Notes: a model not told the origin generated them from the sequence alone. A DNA stretch of 56,804 nt from Candidatus Omnitrophica bacterium UBA6215 (GCA_002421665.1 DISH01000004.1:447900-504703), one strand, 5' to 3'. Positions 46,719 to 55,400 are shown, counted from the first letter of the stretch. Numbers and translations: made by a program.

Positions 46719-46780
46719 TTTCTAATTTATTTAACAAAGCATACCACGTTTTGGATTCACCACTGACTTTATTTTACTCC

Positions 46781-46818
46781 AAACAAAAACCCTCCGCAAT
46801 CATTATAATTGCAGAGGG
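46781..46818 (-). terminator. Rho-independent terminator of the PEP-CTERM gene; right boundary of the island
   Basis: On the - strand: CCCTCTGCAAT-TATAATG-ATTGCGGAGGG (one mismatch) followed by TTTTTGTTT. Confidence 0.6.
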
Positions 46819-46844
46819 TTGTGATATTTTTGATTAAACGGGAA

Positions 46845-47408
46845 TTAAGCTCTTTTCTTGAAGCGCAGGCCCAGAAGGCCGGTAAGCAAAAGGACGAGTG
46901 AGCCTGGTTCGGGTATGACGTCAAGGCTGACGTCGTCAAAATCGATGTAACTGCCGGCCGAAGCGACTGAGCACCTCACCCTGGCATAAGCGGTATAATC
47001 CGGGGCGGTCAGCCAGTCGGTTTCTATCTTCTCGTATTGCGCGCTCCCCGGGATACGTTCCCAGGTGCGTTCCTGCTGGAATGAGCTCGTGCCGGTGGAG
47101 TTATAAAATGTTATGGAGATCGACGCCTCTCCCCCGTCCTGCGGCATGTACAGGTATGAGGACAGTTTGTAGGCGGTATTCGGCGTCACGCTGTTGACGG
47201 TCTGGGTCACCCAGCCGTAGTTATTTATCCTCGCCTCGTATGTACCTGTATGAGGGTTGGCACTCGATACCTGCTCGGAGCCGTAAGCATACGGGCTCCA
47301 CCCGCTGAAATTGCCCGTCTCAAAACCCGGATTGGTTATGAGATTGGCACTCGCGGCCGCGGGTATCGTAAGTAATAAAGCGATTATAAATATGGCTATT
47401 TTATTCAT
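46845..47408 (-). CDS. PEP-CTERM-anchored secreted protein with carbohydrate-binding (CBM4/9-like) domain
   Basis: Signal peptide MNKIAIFIIALLLTIPAAASA. NLITNPGFETGNFSGW (CBM-like jelly roll). C-terminal sorting signal VIPEPGSLVLLLTGLLGLRFKKRA (PEP motif, TM helix, basic cluster). ATG 47408 is preferred over GTG 47420. Confidence 0.75.
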   Translation of the reverse strand: MNKIAIFIIALLLTIPAAASANLITNPGFETGNFSGWSPYAYGSEQVSSANPHTGTYEARINNYGWVTQTVNSVTPNTAYKLSSYLYMPQDGGEASISITFYNSTGTSSFQQERTWERIPGSAQYEKIETDWLTAPDYTAYARVRCSVASAGSYIDFDDVSLDVIPEPGSLVLLLTGLLGLRFKKRA

Positions 47409-47574
47409 ATTTTTGGACACGTTTTGAAGTCGCTATAAGATACCACTTATAGGCGGAATTTCAAGGGGAAATATTTGCTATTTTAGGGTGATATATTCTT
47501 ATTTCTTAAGTTCTTTGTACGCCTTGCAGCAAGGGCAATCCTTTTCTATTTCCTTCATTTTTACTTTCAGCAAA

Positions 47575-48345
47575 CTACTTCTCAAGCCATGTAAAGGCAG
47601 CTTTTATCCTATCCCAATCGGGATAACCGTCCTTAAACGGATACCCGTGAGGCCCCTGGAATAGATCAAGCTCGGTAACCGCGCCATTCTCCCCTAACTG
47701 AAAAACCGCCTTTTTAGCCATCCACAACGGGCAGATCTTATCTTCCAGGCCATGTTGTATGTAGTATTTCTTGCCTTTAGCAAGGGAAAGCGAAGGCAAC
47801 TGATCAATCTTAAATACGGAAGAAAGTACGTAATAACCCTTAAAACAATCCGGATTTGAAAGCGAAATAGCGTAAACCGCGGGGCCGCCGGAAGAAATCC
47901 CGTGCAACCAAATATAGTCAGGATTAATTTTATTCTCTTTTACAACCTCGCCGACCAACTCGGAGACAAACTCCTCGGTTGTAAACCTCATGCCTTTTAC
48001 GACATCTTTACATTTATCTGTAGGCCATGTAATTGTCTGGTCTTTATCCCATTTAGGCGCGACCGGCAAAACTACTATATATCTGTCTCCCAGTGAATTC
48101 CTGATGACATTTTTCCAGAACGGCACGGTCTTTCCCCCATCACCATCCCCGCCTGCAAGCACAACTACAAGACCGCAGCCTTCTTTTGGGACATTATTGG
48201 GCACCAGTATCCAATATTTCATATTGCTATTATTGCGTACCTGCCGTTGGACAGACTTTATCCCCTCAACCTCAGCTTTAACATTAAAAACCGGGGACAA
48301 AAACACAAATATAATTAATACGAGACAGCTAAATCCCTTATTCAC
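47575..48345 (-). CDS. Secreted alpha/beta-hydrolase (carboxylesterase/phospholipase-type)
   Basis: Signal peptide. GxSxG nucleophile elbow HGISSGG. C-terminal HG..D/H region (IQHGLEDKICP...GPHGYP). Confidence 0.7.
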   Translation of the reverse strand: MNKGFSCLVLIIFVFLSPVFNVKAEVEGIKSVQRQVRNNSNMKYWILVPNNVPKEGCGLVVVLAGGDGDGGKTVPFWKNVIRNSLGDRYIVVLPVAPKWDKDQTITWPTDKCKDVVKGMRFTTEEFVSELVGEVVKENKINPDYIWLHGISSGGPAVYAISLSNPDCFKGYYVLSSVFKIDQLPSLSLAKGKKYYIQHGLEDKICPLWMAKKAVFQLGENGAVTELDLFQGPHGYPFKDGYPDWDRIKAAFTWLEK

Positions 48346-48396
48346 TCGTTTATTTTCTCTCGCACTTCTTGCATTTTTTCGACATGCTATTCCTCC

Positions 48397-49479
48397 CTAT
48401 TTCAACCGGTCGCTGACGTCAACCGCGCCCTGCGGTTTCTCGTCCATGGGAATGGCCTTCTGCGGCGCGCCGGGGTTAAGGTCAAACTTCTTCATGTCCA
48501 CCTTCTTCCAGGCGGTGTTTTCGTAGGTCTTGTAATACAGGACAAGGTTCGTCAGGTCCTTTATGACCACCCACTGGGAGAAGCCCTCCATCCTCACGAA
48601 CGGCGCGGGGTTCTCCTTTATGACACCCCTGGGTATATCCACGACATTTAGGATATGTTCGGCCTGGTTGACGGCTTCTACGGAATCTTTGGCCGGCTGG
48701 GCCTCATCCACGCAAAAGGCTATCCTCACGAACCTCGAAGGCGGCGTCCAATCGCCGGGCAGGCCGAGCATACCGCTTCCGACGCCCGTCGGATCTATCT
48801 TGACGCCGTTTATGCTCCTGTCTTTCCTGTCATGCGCGTCGAGGTTGATATAATTGCGCAGGTTGTTCATCTGCCACGGGAAGTCCGGGCGGTTCGTCAT
48901 CACGCCGAGGGGATTATCGTAAATATTCACCTTCCCGTCGATGAATTCGATGACAAGGTTCTTGCCGGAGGCATCGTGCAGGGCAACGTGCATGCCGAGC
49001 GGGCCGTGCATCTTTTTGATGGTCACATTCGCCACGTTTATCGATGGCAGGCCGGCCCTCGCCTCGTCCGTCGTCGCGAAATTGCCCATTATCCATGAAC
49101 ACAGGTCAATAACAGTGACGAATTTGCCGGGCTCGGCCGGCTGGTATTCTGCGCCCGTGAACATCAAGGCGTCGAAAGCGAGGCCTTTCTCGTTCATCCC
49201 CTCGACATAGGCATTCTTTATGTCAAAAGACTCTATCCCGAAAAATCCGTATTTATTCGTCCAGGTAAGGCCCTTCACACCCTTGTCGCCGATACTGGTA
49301 AATTGCTGTCCGCGCGGGACCGCTATTATCCGCGAATGAAGATCAGTCGGGAATTCCATCGAACGGCCGATGACAACGGTGCCGTCCTTGGCCCTTACCT
49401 GGAAATCGGAACAGGCAAAAGACGCCGCGGCCACGCTAAGCGCCAGGAAACAAACGCAAAGAACCTTTAAGTAAGACAT
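48397..49479 (-). CDS. Ntn hydrolase of the choloylglycine hydrolase / penicillin V acylase family (linear amide C-N hydrolase)
   Basis: The signal peptide ends ...AASFA, followed immediately by Cys (CSDFQVRAKDGTVVIGRSMEF), which is the N-terminal nucleophile arrangement of this family. 360 aa. Confidence 0.8.
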   Translation of the reverse strand: MSYLKVLCVCFLALSVAAASFACSDFQVRAKDGTVVIGRSMEFPTDLHSRIIAVPRGQQFTSIGDKGVKGLTWTNKYGFFGIESFDIKNAYVEGMNEKGLAFDALMFTGAEYQPAEPGKFVTVIDLCSWIMGNFATTDEARAGLPSINVANVTIKKMHGPLGMHVALHDASGKNLVIEFIDGKVNIYDNPLGVMTNRPDFPWQMNNLRNYINLDAHDRKDRSINGVKIDPTGVGSGMLGLPGDWTPPSRFVRIAFCVDEAQPAKDSVEAVNQAEHILNVVDIPRGVIKENPAPFVRMEGFSQWVVIKDLTNLVLYYKTYENTAWKKVDMKKFDLNPGAPQKAIPMDEKPQGAVDVSDRLK

Positions 49480-50921
49480 TCCGTGTTCCTCCTTATCTCG
49501 TATTTGTACGCCTGGATCTCGTACTCGACCTGTGAAGTCGGCCAGCCCAAAAGTTCACCCATTATCCGCCCAGCTTCTTCGTATATGTCGAGGCCGCGTG
49601 AGGCGGTCATAGCCAGCTGCAGCCTGCGGATCAGCAGGTCTTTTAAACTGTTGGCCATCTCCTCGTTAACGGCATGGGTTATCCGTTCCCTGAGGCCGGC
49701 ATCCCCCGGCGGGATTTCCTGCGTGGGGCCGCAAACGGCCGTCGAGCATGCCCTGAATTCCCTGCCCGGGAACCTGTGTACGATAAGATTGACGACCTGC
49801 TCCGCCAGCCGCCTGTATGTGGTATACTTGCCGCCGACTACGGAGATCAGTCCGGAACCCGATTCCTTTATATAGTGCTCGCGCGAAACCTTCCAAGGGG
49901 CCATGCCGTGGGTATTCATCAGCGGGCGCAGGCCGGCGTAAGTAGTTATTACCCCTTCCCTGCTTATACCCTGTTCGGGGAATACCCTGCCGATCTCATT
50001 AAGCAGGTATTCCACGTCGGATCTCTCTGCGTAAACCTCGTCGGGTGAGCCCGTAAAATCGGTGTCGGTGGTGCCTATAAGCGTGTAATCGCGCCAGGGT
50101 ATCGCGAAGAATATCCTCTTGTCCTTGCGGGCGGAAAAGAGCATGGGCCGTGTTATCGGGAGTTTTTTGTAGATAAGGTGGACGCCTTTCGTGGGCCGGG
50201 TTATCGCCGCGGCATGGGGCTCGTCGTCCCAGACGATGCGGTTCGACCAGGCGCCGGTAGCGTTGACAATACACTGCGCGCGGATTGTGAACCTGTCGTT
50301 GGTCAGGGTGTCCCTGGCCTCTACACCGACCACCACCCCTTCCCTCTTGACCAGCCCTTCGGCTTCAATTTTGTTCGCGATACAGCAGCCCGCCTCGTAG
50401 GCTGATATCGCGTTATTAAGGCAAAGGCGGATGTCATCCATCTGGGCATCGCAATACATTACCCCGCCCTTGAGGCCTTTCGCAGTGATGTTCGGCTCGA
50501 GCCCGGCAAGTTCCGCCTTCGTGAGCGGGCGGCGGCAATGGATATTCTGCCTGCCCGCGAGCAGGTCATAAAGGAAGACGCCCGTATTCATCACAAAAAG
50601 CGGCCGAGGGTCGCCTTTATATACGGGGATGATGAACTCGAGCGGCTTGACGAGATCGGGGACCGTCCTCAAGAGGGTCCCGCGCTCGTGCAGGGCTTCG
50701 TAGACAAGGTTGAGGTTGAATTGCTCAAGGTAGCGTATGCCGCCGTGGATTATCTTGGTCGATTTGCCGCTCGCGCCGCAGGCAAAGTCGTCCTTCTCGA
50801 TGAGGGCGGTCTTGAACCCCCGCAGGGACGCGTCGCGCGCGATGGCGCAGCCGTTGATGCCTCCGCCTATGACAAGAAGGTCGAACTCGCCCGACTTAAG
50901 GCACGAGACTTCCCTCTTCAT
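49467..50921 (-). CDS. glpD: FAD-dependent glycerol-3-phosphate dehydrogenase
   Basis: DLLVIGGGINGCAIARDASLRGFKTALIEKDDFACGASGKSTKIIHGGIRYLEQ. 484 aa. Overlaps the Ntn hydrolase start by 13 nt. Confidence 0.9.
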   Translation of the reverse strand: MKREVSCLKSGEFDLLVIGGGINGCAIARDASLRGFKTALIEKDDFACGASGKSTKIIHGGIRYLEQFNLNLVYEALHERGTLLRTVPDLVKPLEFIIPVYKGDPRPLFVMNTGVFLYDLLAGRQNIHCRRPLTKAELAGLEPNITAKGLKGGVMYCDAQMDDIRLCLNNAISAYEAGCCIANKIEAEGLVKREGVVVGVEARDTLTNDRFTIRAQCIVNATGAWSNRIVWDDEPHAAAITRPTKGVHLIYKKLPITRPMLFSARKDKRIFFAIPWRDYTLIGTTDTDFTGSPDEVYAERSDVEYLLNEIGRVFPEQGISREGVITTYAGLRPLMNTHGMAPWKVSREHYIKESGSGLISVVGGKYTTYRRLAEQVVNLIVHRFPGREFRACSTAVCGPTQEIPPGDAGLRERITHAVNEEMANSLKDLLIRRLQLAMTASRGLDIYEEAGRIMGELLGWPTSQVEYEIQAYKYEIRRNTECLT

Positions 50922-52408
50922 AAAGCCCTCGCTTTCCTGACGGCCGCGAGCCAGCCCGAGTAAAGAGCCTGTCTCTGCCCCGCTTTCATGCGCGGGGAAA
51001 ATATCTTGCCCGCGGCAAGGGTATGGCGTAATTCCGCGGAGCTCTTCCAGAACCCGACCGCAAGCCCGGCGAGCATCGCCGCGCCCTTCGCCGTGGTCTC
51101 GGTTATCTTCGGGCGGATTATCTTTATGCCGAGAATGTCGGCCTGGAATTGCATAAGGAAACTGTTGCCGCAGGCGCCGCCGTCGACCTTCAGCGATTTA
51201 AGGCGGTTGCCGGTCTCCTTTTCCATGATATCGGCGACATCCTTTACCTCATAGGCGATCGCCTCGAGGGCGGCGCGTATTATGTGCCGCCTCTGCGTGC
51301 CGCGGGTTATTCCAGTGATGGTACCGCGCGCGCGGGGGTCCCAATACGGCGCACCGAGGCCGACGAACGCCGGGACGAAATATACGCCCCCCGTATCGAC
51401 GCACTCCATCGCCCGTTTCTCCGACTCGCGGGATTCGCCGATTATCTTCAATTCATCGCGAAGCCATTGTATCGCGGCGCCCGCGATAAAGATCGAGCCT
51501 TCCTGCGCGTAACACGGCAGGCCGCGCGCGTCGCAGGCAAGTGTGGTCAGGAGGCCTTTGTTCGAAAGTATGAATTTCTTTCCGGTATTGAGCACCAGGA
51601 AACATCCCGTGCCGTAAGTGTTCTTCATCTCCCCTTCTGAAAAACAACCCTGGCCGAAGAGCGCCGCCTGCTGGTCCCCCGCTACACCGGATATCGGGAT
51701 ACCCGCGGGAAGCCCGCAGGCGCCTTTAGCCGTGTAACCGAATATCGAACTCGACGGCTTGACCTCCGGCAAAATGGCCTCCGGGATGCCGAGGATCTTC
51801 AGGAGCTGCCCGTCCCACTTCTTCTGCCTGATATTGAAGATCAGCGTGCGCGAGGCATTGGTGTAATCGGTGGCGTGTGCCTTCCCGCCGGTGAGCTTCC
51901 ATATGAGCCAAGTATCCATCGTCCCAACGCAAGGGGACGTGTCACTTCGGGACGTGTGACTTTGGGACAGGTTACTCAAAAGCCATTTTATCTTCGTGCC
52001 GGAAAAATACGGATCTATAATAAGCCCCGTCTTGCGGCGGAACAACCCGGAATAACCTTTCTTCTTGAGATCTTCGCAGATAGGCGCGGTACGCCTGCAT
52101 TGCCAGACAATGGCATTATGGAGGGGCTTGCCGGTCTTGCGGTCCCACAGTACGGTAGTTTCGCGCTGGTTAGTAATGCCTATCGCGGCGATATCGGAGG
52201 CTTTGATCTTCTTGGCGGCGAGCGCCTGCTTCACCACAAATTCCACAGACCGCCATATCTCTTCGGCATCGTGCTCTACCCAGCCCTCGCGCGGGTATAT
52301 CTGCCTGAATTCCTTATAAGCGCCGGAAACAATACGGCCGGACTTATCGAAGATATATGCACGACTACCCGTTGTCCCCTGGTCTATGGAGAGGATATAT
52401 CTTTTAAT
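50918..52408 (-). CDS. glpK: Glycerol kinase; full-length only if translation starts at ATT 52408
   Basis: FGGY kinase. The track ORF starts at GTG 52246. The frame is open 54 codons further upstream and encodes the conserved N-terminus (I/M)KRYILSIDQGTTGSRAYIFDKSGRIVSGAYKEFRQIYPREGWVEHDAEEIW, immediately preceded by TAA (52409-52411). This gives 496 aa, the canonical GlpK length. GDQQAALFGQ is present. ATGA overlap with glpD. Confidence 0.9.
   Translation of the reverse strand: MKRYILSIDQGTTGSRAYIFDKSGRIVSGAYKEFRQIYPREGWVEHDAEEIWRSVEFVVKQALAAKKIKASDIAAIGITNQRETTVLWDRKTGKPLHNAIVWQCRRTAPICEDLKKKGYSGLFRRKTGLIIDPYFSGTKIKWLLSNLSQSHTSRSDTSPCVGTMDTWLIWKLTGGKAHATDYTNASRTLIFNIRQKKWDGQLLKILGIPEAILPEVKPSSSIFGYTAKGACGLPAGIPISGVAGDQQAALFGQGCFSEGEMKNTYGTGCFLVLNTGKKFILSNKGLLTTLACDARGLPCYAQEGSIFIAGAAIQWLRDELKIIGESRESEKRAMECVDTGGVYFVPAFVGLGAPYWDPRARGTITGITRGTQRRHIIRAALEAIAYEVKDVADIMEKETGNRLKSLKVDGGACGNSFLMQFQADILGIKIIRPKITETTAKGAAMLAGLAVGFWKSSAELRHTLAAGKIFSPRMKAGQRQALYSGWLAAVRKARAL
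51934..51978 (+). repeat. Array of three tandem 15-mers inside glpK (inverted copy of 52409-52453)
   Basis: GGGACGTGTCACTTC / GGGACGTGTGACTTT / GGGACAGGTTACTCA on the + strand. On the coding (-) strand this encodes SNLSQSHTSRSDTSP. Confidence 0.85.
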
Positions 52409-52453
52409 TTAGCAACCTGTCCCTTTTTGACACGTCCCGAAGTGACACGTCCC
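52409..52453 (-). repeat. Array of three tandem 15-mers filling the autotransporter-glpK intergenic gap
   Basis: Read on the - strand: GGGACGTGTCACTTC / GGGACGTGTCAAAAA / GGGACAGGTTGCTAA, ending directly at the ATT start of glpK. Confidence 0.85.
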
Positions 52454-52454
52454 C

Positions 52455-55400
52455 TCAGAACTTATACTTTATGTCAGCCCATCCTGTATGGGCGGTAAAG
52501 TCTTCCTTGTACTCGAAGTCATAGTTGGTCTCGAGGCTCCAGTTGTTATGCGAGGCAAGGGTCAGCTTGGCGCCGGCATTGAAGGAGTTCTGGGCCGGGT
52601 CGAAGCCGTTGGTGGCGAAGGAACCGCCGCCGCCTGCGAAGGTAGAGGTCGTCTCCTGTTTGTCGCCTATGAAGTCATAGAGCCACTTGGCGTGGATCTC
52701 GGGGATGACTGTCATACCTTTGGCTTCAAAAGGCCTTTCCACCTTCATACCCAGGCCTGACTGGAGCATGTCGTAGTTCTGGGCCTTGACGCTTAAGTTA
52801 AGGGCTCCTGCCCCGGTCTCGGTATAGCTCTGCAGGTGCAGCCTAAGGTACTGCAATGAGGCCATGGGGGTTATCCTGAACTTGCCGGCGTCTACTACGT
52901 AGCCGCCGTCGAACATGACCGAGTACTGCTGGCCGTCGTAGTCGGAGTCGGCGATGCCGGTTATGGCGCCTACGGCCACCTGCCTCTTGCCGTCGTACTT
53001 GTTATAGGCGAATGAGAAGGAGCCGTTGAGGTAATAAGGGTTCTGGGGGTCTATATAGCCGGCGTAGAAGGTACCCTGGTAGCTGTCTATGTCGGTCTTG
53101 CCGGAGTTATCCTTGGAGTTGATGTCGCTCTGGGCGTAGCCTCCGCTAAGGCCTAAACGGACCCTGTCGTTAAAGGCGGGGATGTCGCCGCCTAAGGCCG
53201 TGCCCCAGACCGTTGCGCGGTAGCCGTTGCTGAAGCCTCGGGGCTTCTGCTTTAGGTACTCCCCGAAGCCCCTTGCCCATACGTCCATGCCCTTAAGCGA
53301 GGGGCTTCCGGCAGAGACGCCGGTCTCCTCGGCTTCTCTCGCCTGGGCGAAGAGGCCTCCTAACCTGGCGCTGCTGGTGCCGATGAACTGGTTAAGGGAG
53401 GTGTTGCTGACGTTGAGGACACCGCTGTCGACGTTGGGGATGAGGGTATCAAGCGATTGGCCCGCTTCCCCTGAAGGCATCCATTCAAGCGTATCCAATA
53501 TAGTAAGCATCTGGCCCTGCGGATTATTTATGTTATCAAGGACCGCTCCGACCGCGGCGCCATTGGCATTGTTGGCTTCCGAAGCAAAACCATATCCCGC
53601 CCCGGAACGATCTACGGTAAGGATAAGATCGCCGTCGACGCTTGAACCGATAAGCCTGTATTTAGTGCTGTTGGATGTTATTGTGGAAGGTATTTCGACT
53701 CCCGCTCCTCCGGTGCCGTCTATTACTTTAAGTGTCGCCTTGTTTGGCAGGTACCCGCCAACCGTTACATTTACAGCGCTGGCTGATGAAACCGCCGCAT
53801 CCGAAGAAGATACAATGCTTCCATAGCTTACGGCCGAAGCAGCGGAAAGATTAAGTACAGAGCCCGCGGCCTGGGTATAGATACCGTCGAAGATCAATTC
53901 TGTCGAACCGATATCAAGCTCGGAATTATTAGTAACCGCCCCGCTGCCGAGGGCTCGTGAATTGTTGACCTGCAACGCGCCGTTATCTATAGTCGTGCCT
54001 CCGGAATAGGTGTTGGCTCCTGTCAATATCAGGGTCCCCGTCCCATCCTTGGCAAGCGAGAATTTACCCGCGCCGCCGTCGGAAAGCAACCCGGAGAATG
54101 TTTTCGAAGTGCTGCCGTATCCTAACGGAACGTTTCCTATGGTCAGGATCCTGTCCGCAGCCCCGCCGTTATTTACCGTTCCCGAACCGGAAAGGGAACC
54201 TATCGTTTCATTGAAGTTATTCAATGATAAAGTAGCGCCTTCATTTACTGCGACATCCGAGCCGATACCGAACGCCTGGTCAGCGACACCGGCATTCACC
54301 GTATCGGCATTGATATTGGTGGCGCCTGTATACGTATTAGTGCCGCTGAGGTTAATAACGCCGTCGCCGCTCAACGTAAGATCATACGCGCCGCTGATCG
54401 CGCCGCTGATCGTGAGACTGTAGTTGTCGGCATATATAGTAGTGTTTCCGGATTGCGTAATTGCGCCCGACATTGTATTATCGCCCTCGGCGCTGACAAT
54501 AGCGCCAAATATCGCCGGGCCGGTCCCCTGCACGGAAGTGATGTTATTGGCGATGGTAACATCACCCAGGGACCCGTCAATTACAAGGGTAGCCTCGTCG
54601 GCAACGGTAACGTCACCCGTCCCAAATGCGCCGCTGCTCATGGCGACGATACCGCCGGCATTCAAGGAAGTCCCCCCGGTATAAGTATTGCTGCCGGACA
54701 GGAAAAGAGCGCCGGTCCCGTTCTTTATGACCGAACCGGAACCTATGCCTATAACTCCCTCGACTCCCGTATCGCTCTCTCCGGTAAAGGTGAGGTCATA
54801 GTTGCCCGTACTTGAGATATTATTGGTGAAAACCAGGTAACCATAGATAGAACCTATTGTAGCGTTTGCATCCGTGGTCACGGTCCCGCTAAGTGTATTG
54901 GTGCCGCCCGCGTTATTGATCGCACCTATCCCGGTATTCCCGTCACCTGAAAGAGTTACATTATTTGAAAGCGTTATGGTGTCTGATTCGTCCCCTACGG
55001 TCCCAAGCAACAAGCAACCGCCGGCATTTATCGTGACATCGCCCGTACCGAGCACGCCGTCATCCTTGGCATTTATTACGCCGGCGTTTATCGTCGTGCC
55101 TCCGGTATATGTATTCGTGCCCGTAAGGTTAACTAAACCCGATCCGCTTTTCGTGACCTCAAGGCTTCCGGTCAAGTCAGCTCCTAACGTATAATCCTCG
55201 TCGGTAAGATTAAGGTTTACAACGGCCGCGCCCGAACCGCCAGTTACCGTGGCGGCATTTAAAGTCCCTGCCGCGGCACCGGAACCGATATTAAGAATAC
55301 CGGAAGAACCTGAATTTAGCCCGAGCCTGACCGTCCCCGCGCCGCCGGCTACGTTCAAAACGGCCGCATCGGAAATAGTGACCGTTCCGTCGCCATCCTC

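Larger units (their letters stand above)
40845..46780. other. Compositionally distinct AT-rich genomic island (putative horizontally acquired defence locus); no integrase or att repeats seen
   Basis: Hand counts of single 60-nt lines: 41401-41460 = 14/60 GC, 44641-44700 = 12/60, 46021-46080 = 24/60. Flanks: 40261-40320 = 32/60 and 50041-50100 = 35/60. Bounded by the host terminator at 46781-46818 and the regulator promoter at 40779-40807. Confidence 0.7.

Noticed and set aside
29025-46780. The island as an integrative element inserted at tRNA-Arg(CCT).
   Set aside because: The tRNA is 11.7 kb from the island, with housekeeping and envelope genes in between. I found no integrase or excisionase, and no direct repeat of the tRNA 3' end at either island border.
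47499-47558. 19-codon Cys-rich minus-strand ORF (MKEIEKDCPCCKAYKELKK) between the esterase and PEP-CTERM genes.
   Set aside because: It has no convincing SD (only GAAAG) and is very short, so nothing distinguishes it from chance. It would only be worth revisiting if it is conserved in relatives.
51934-52453. The GGGAC 15-mer arrays as a mini CRISPR array.
   Set aside because: The units are directly abutting 15-mers with no spacers. There are only three per array, no cas genes are present, and one array lies in a coding sequence. I treat them as operator, RNA or inverted-repeat elements instead.
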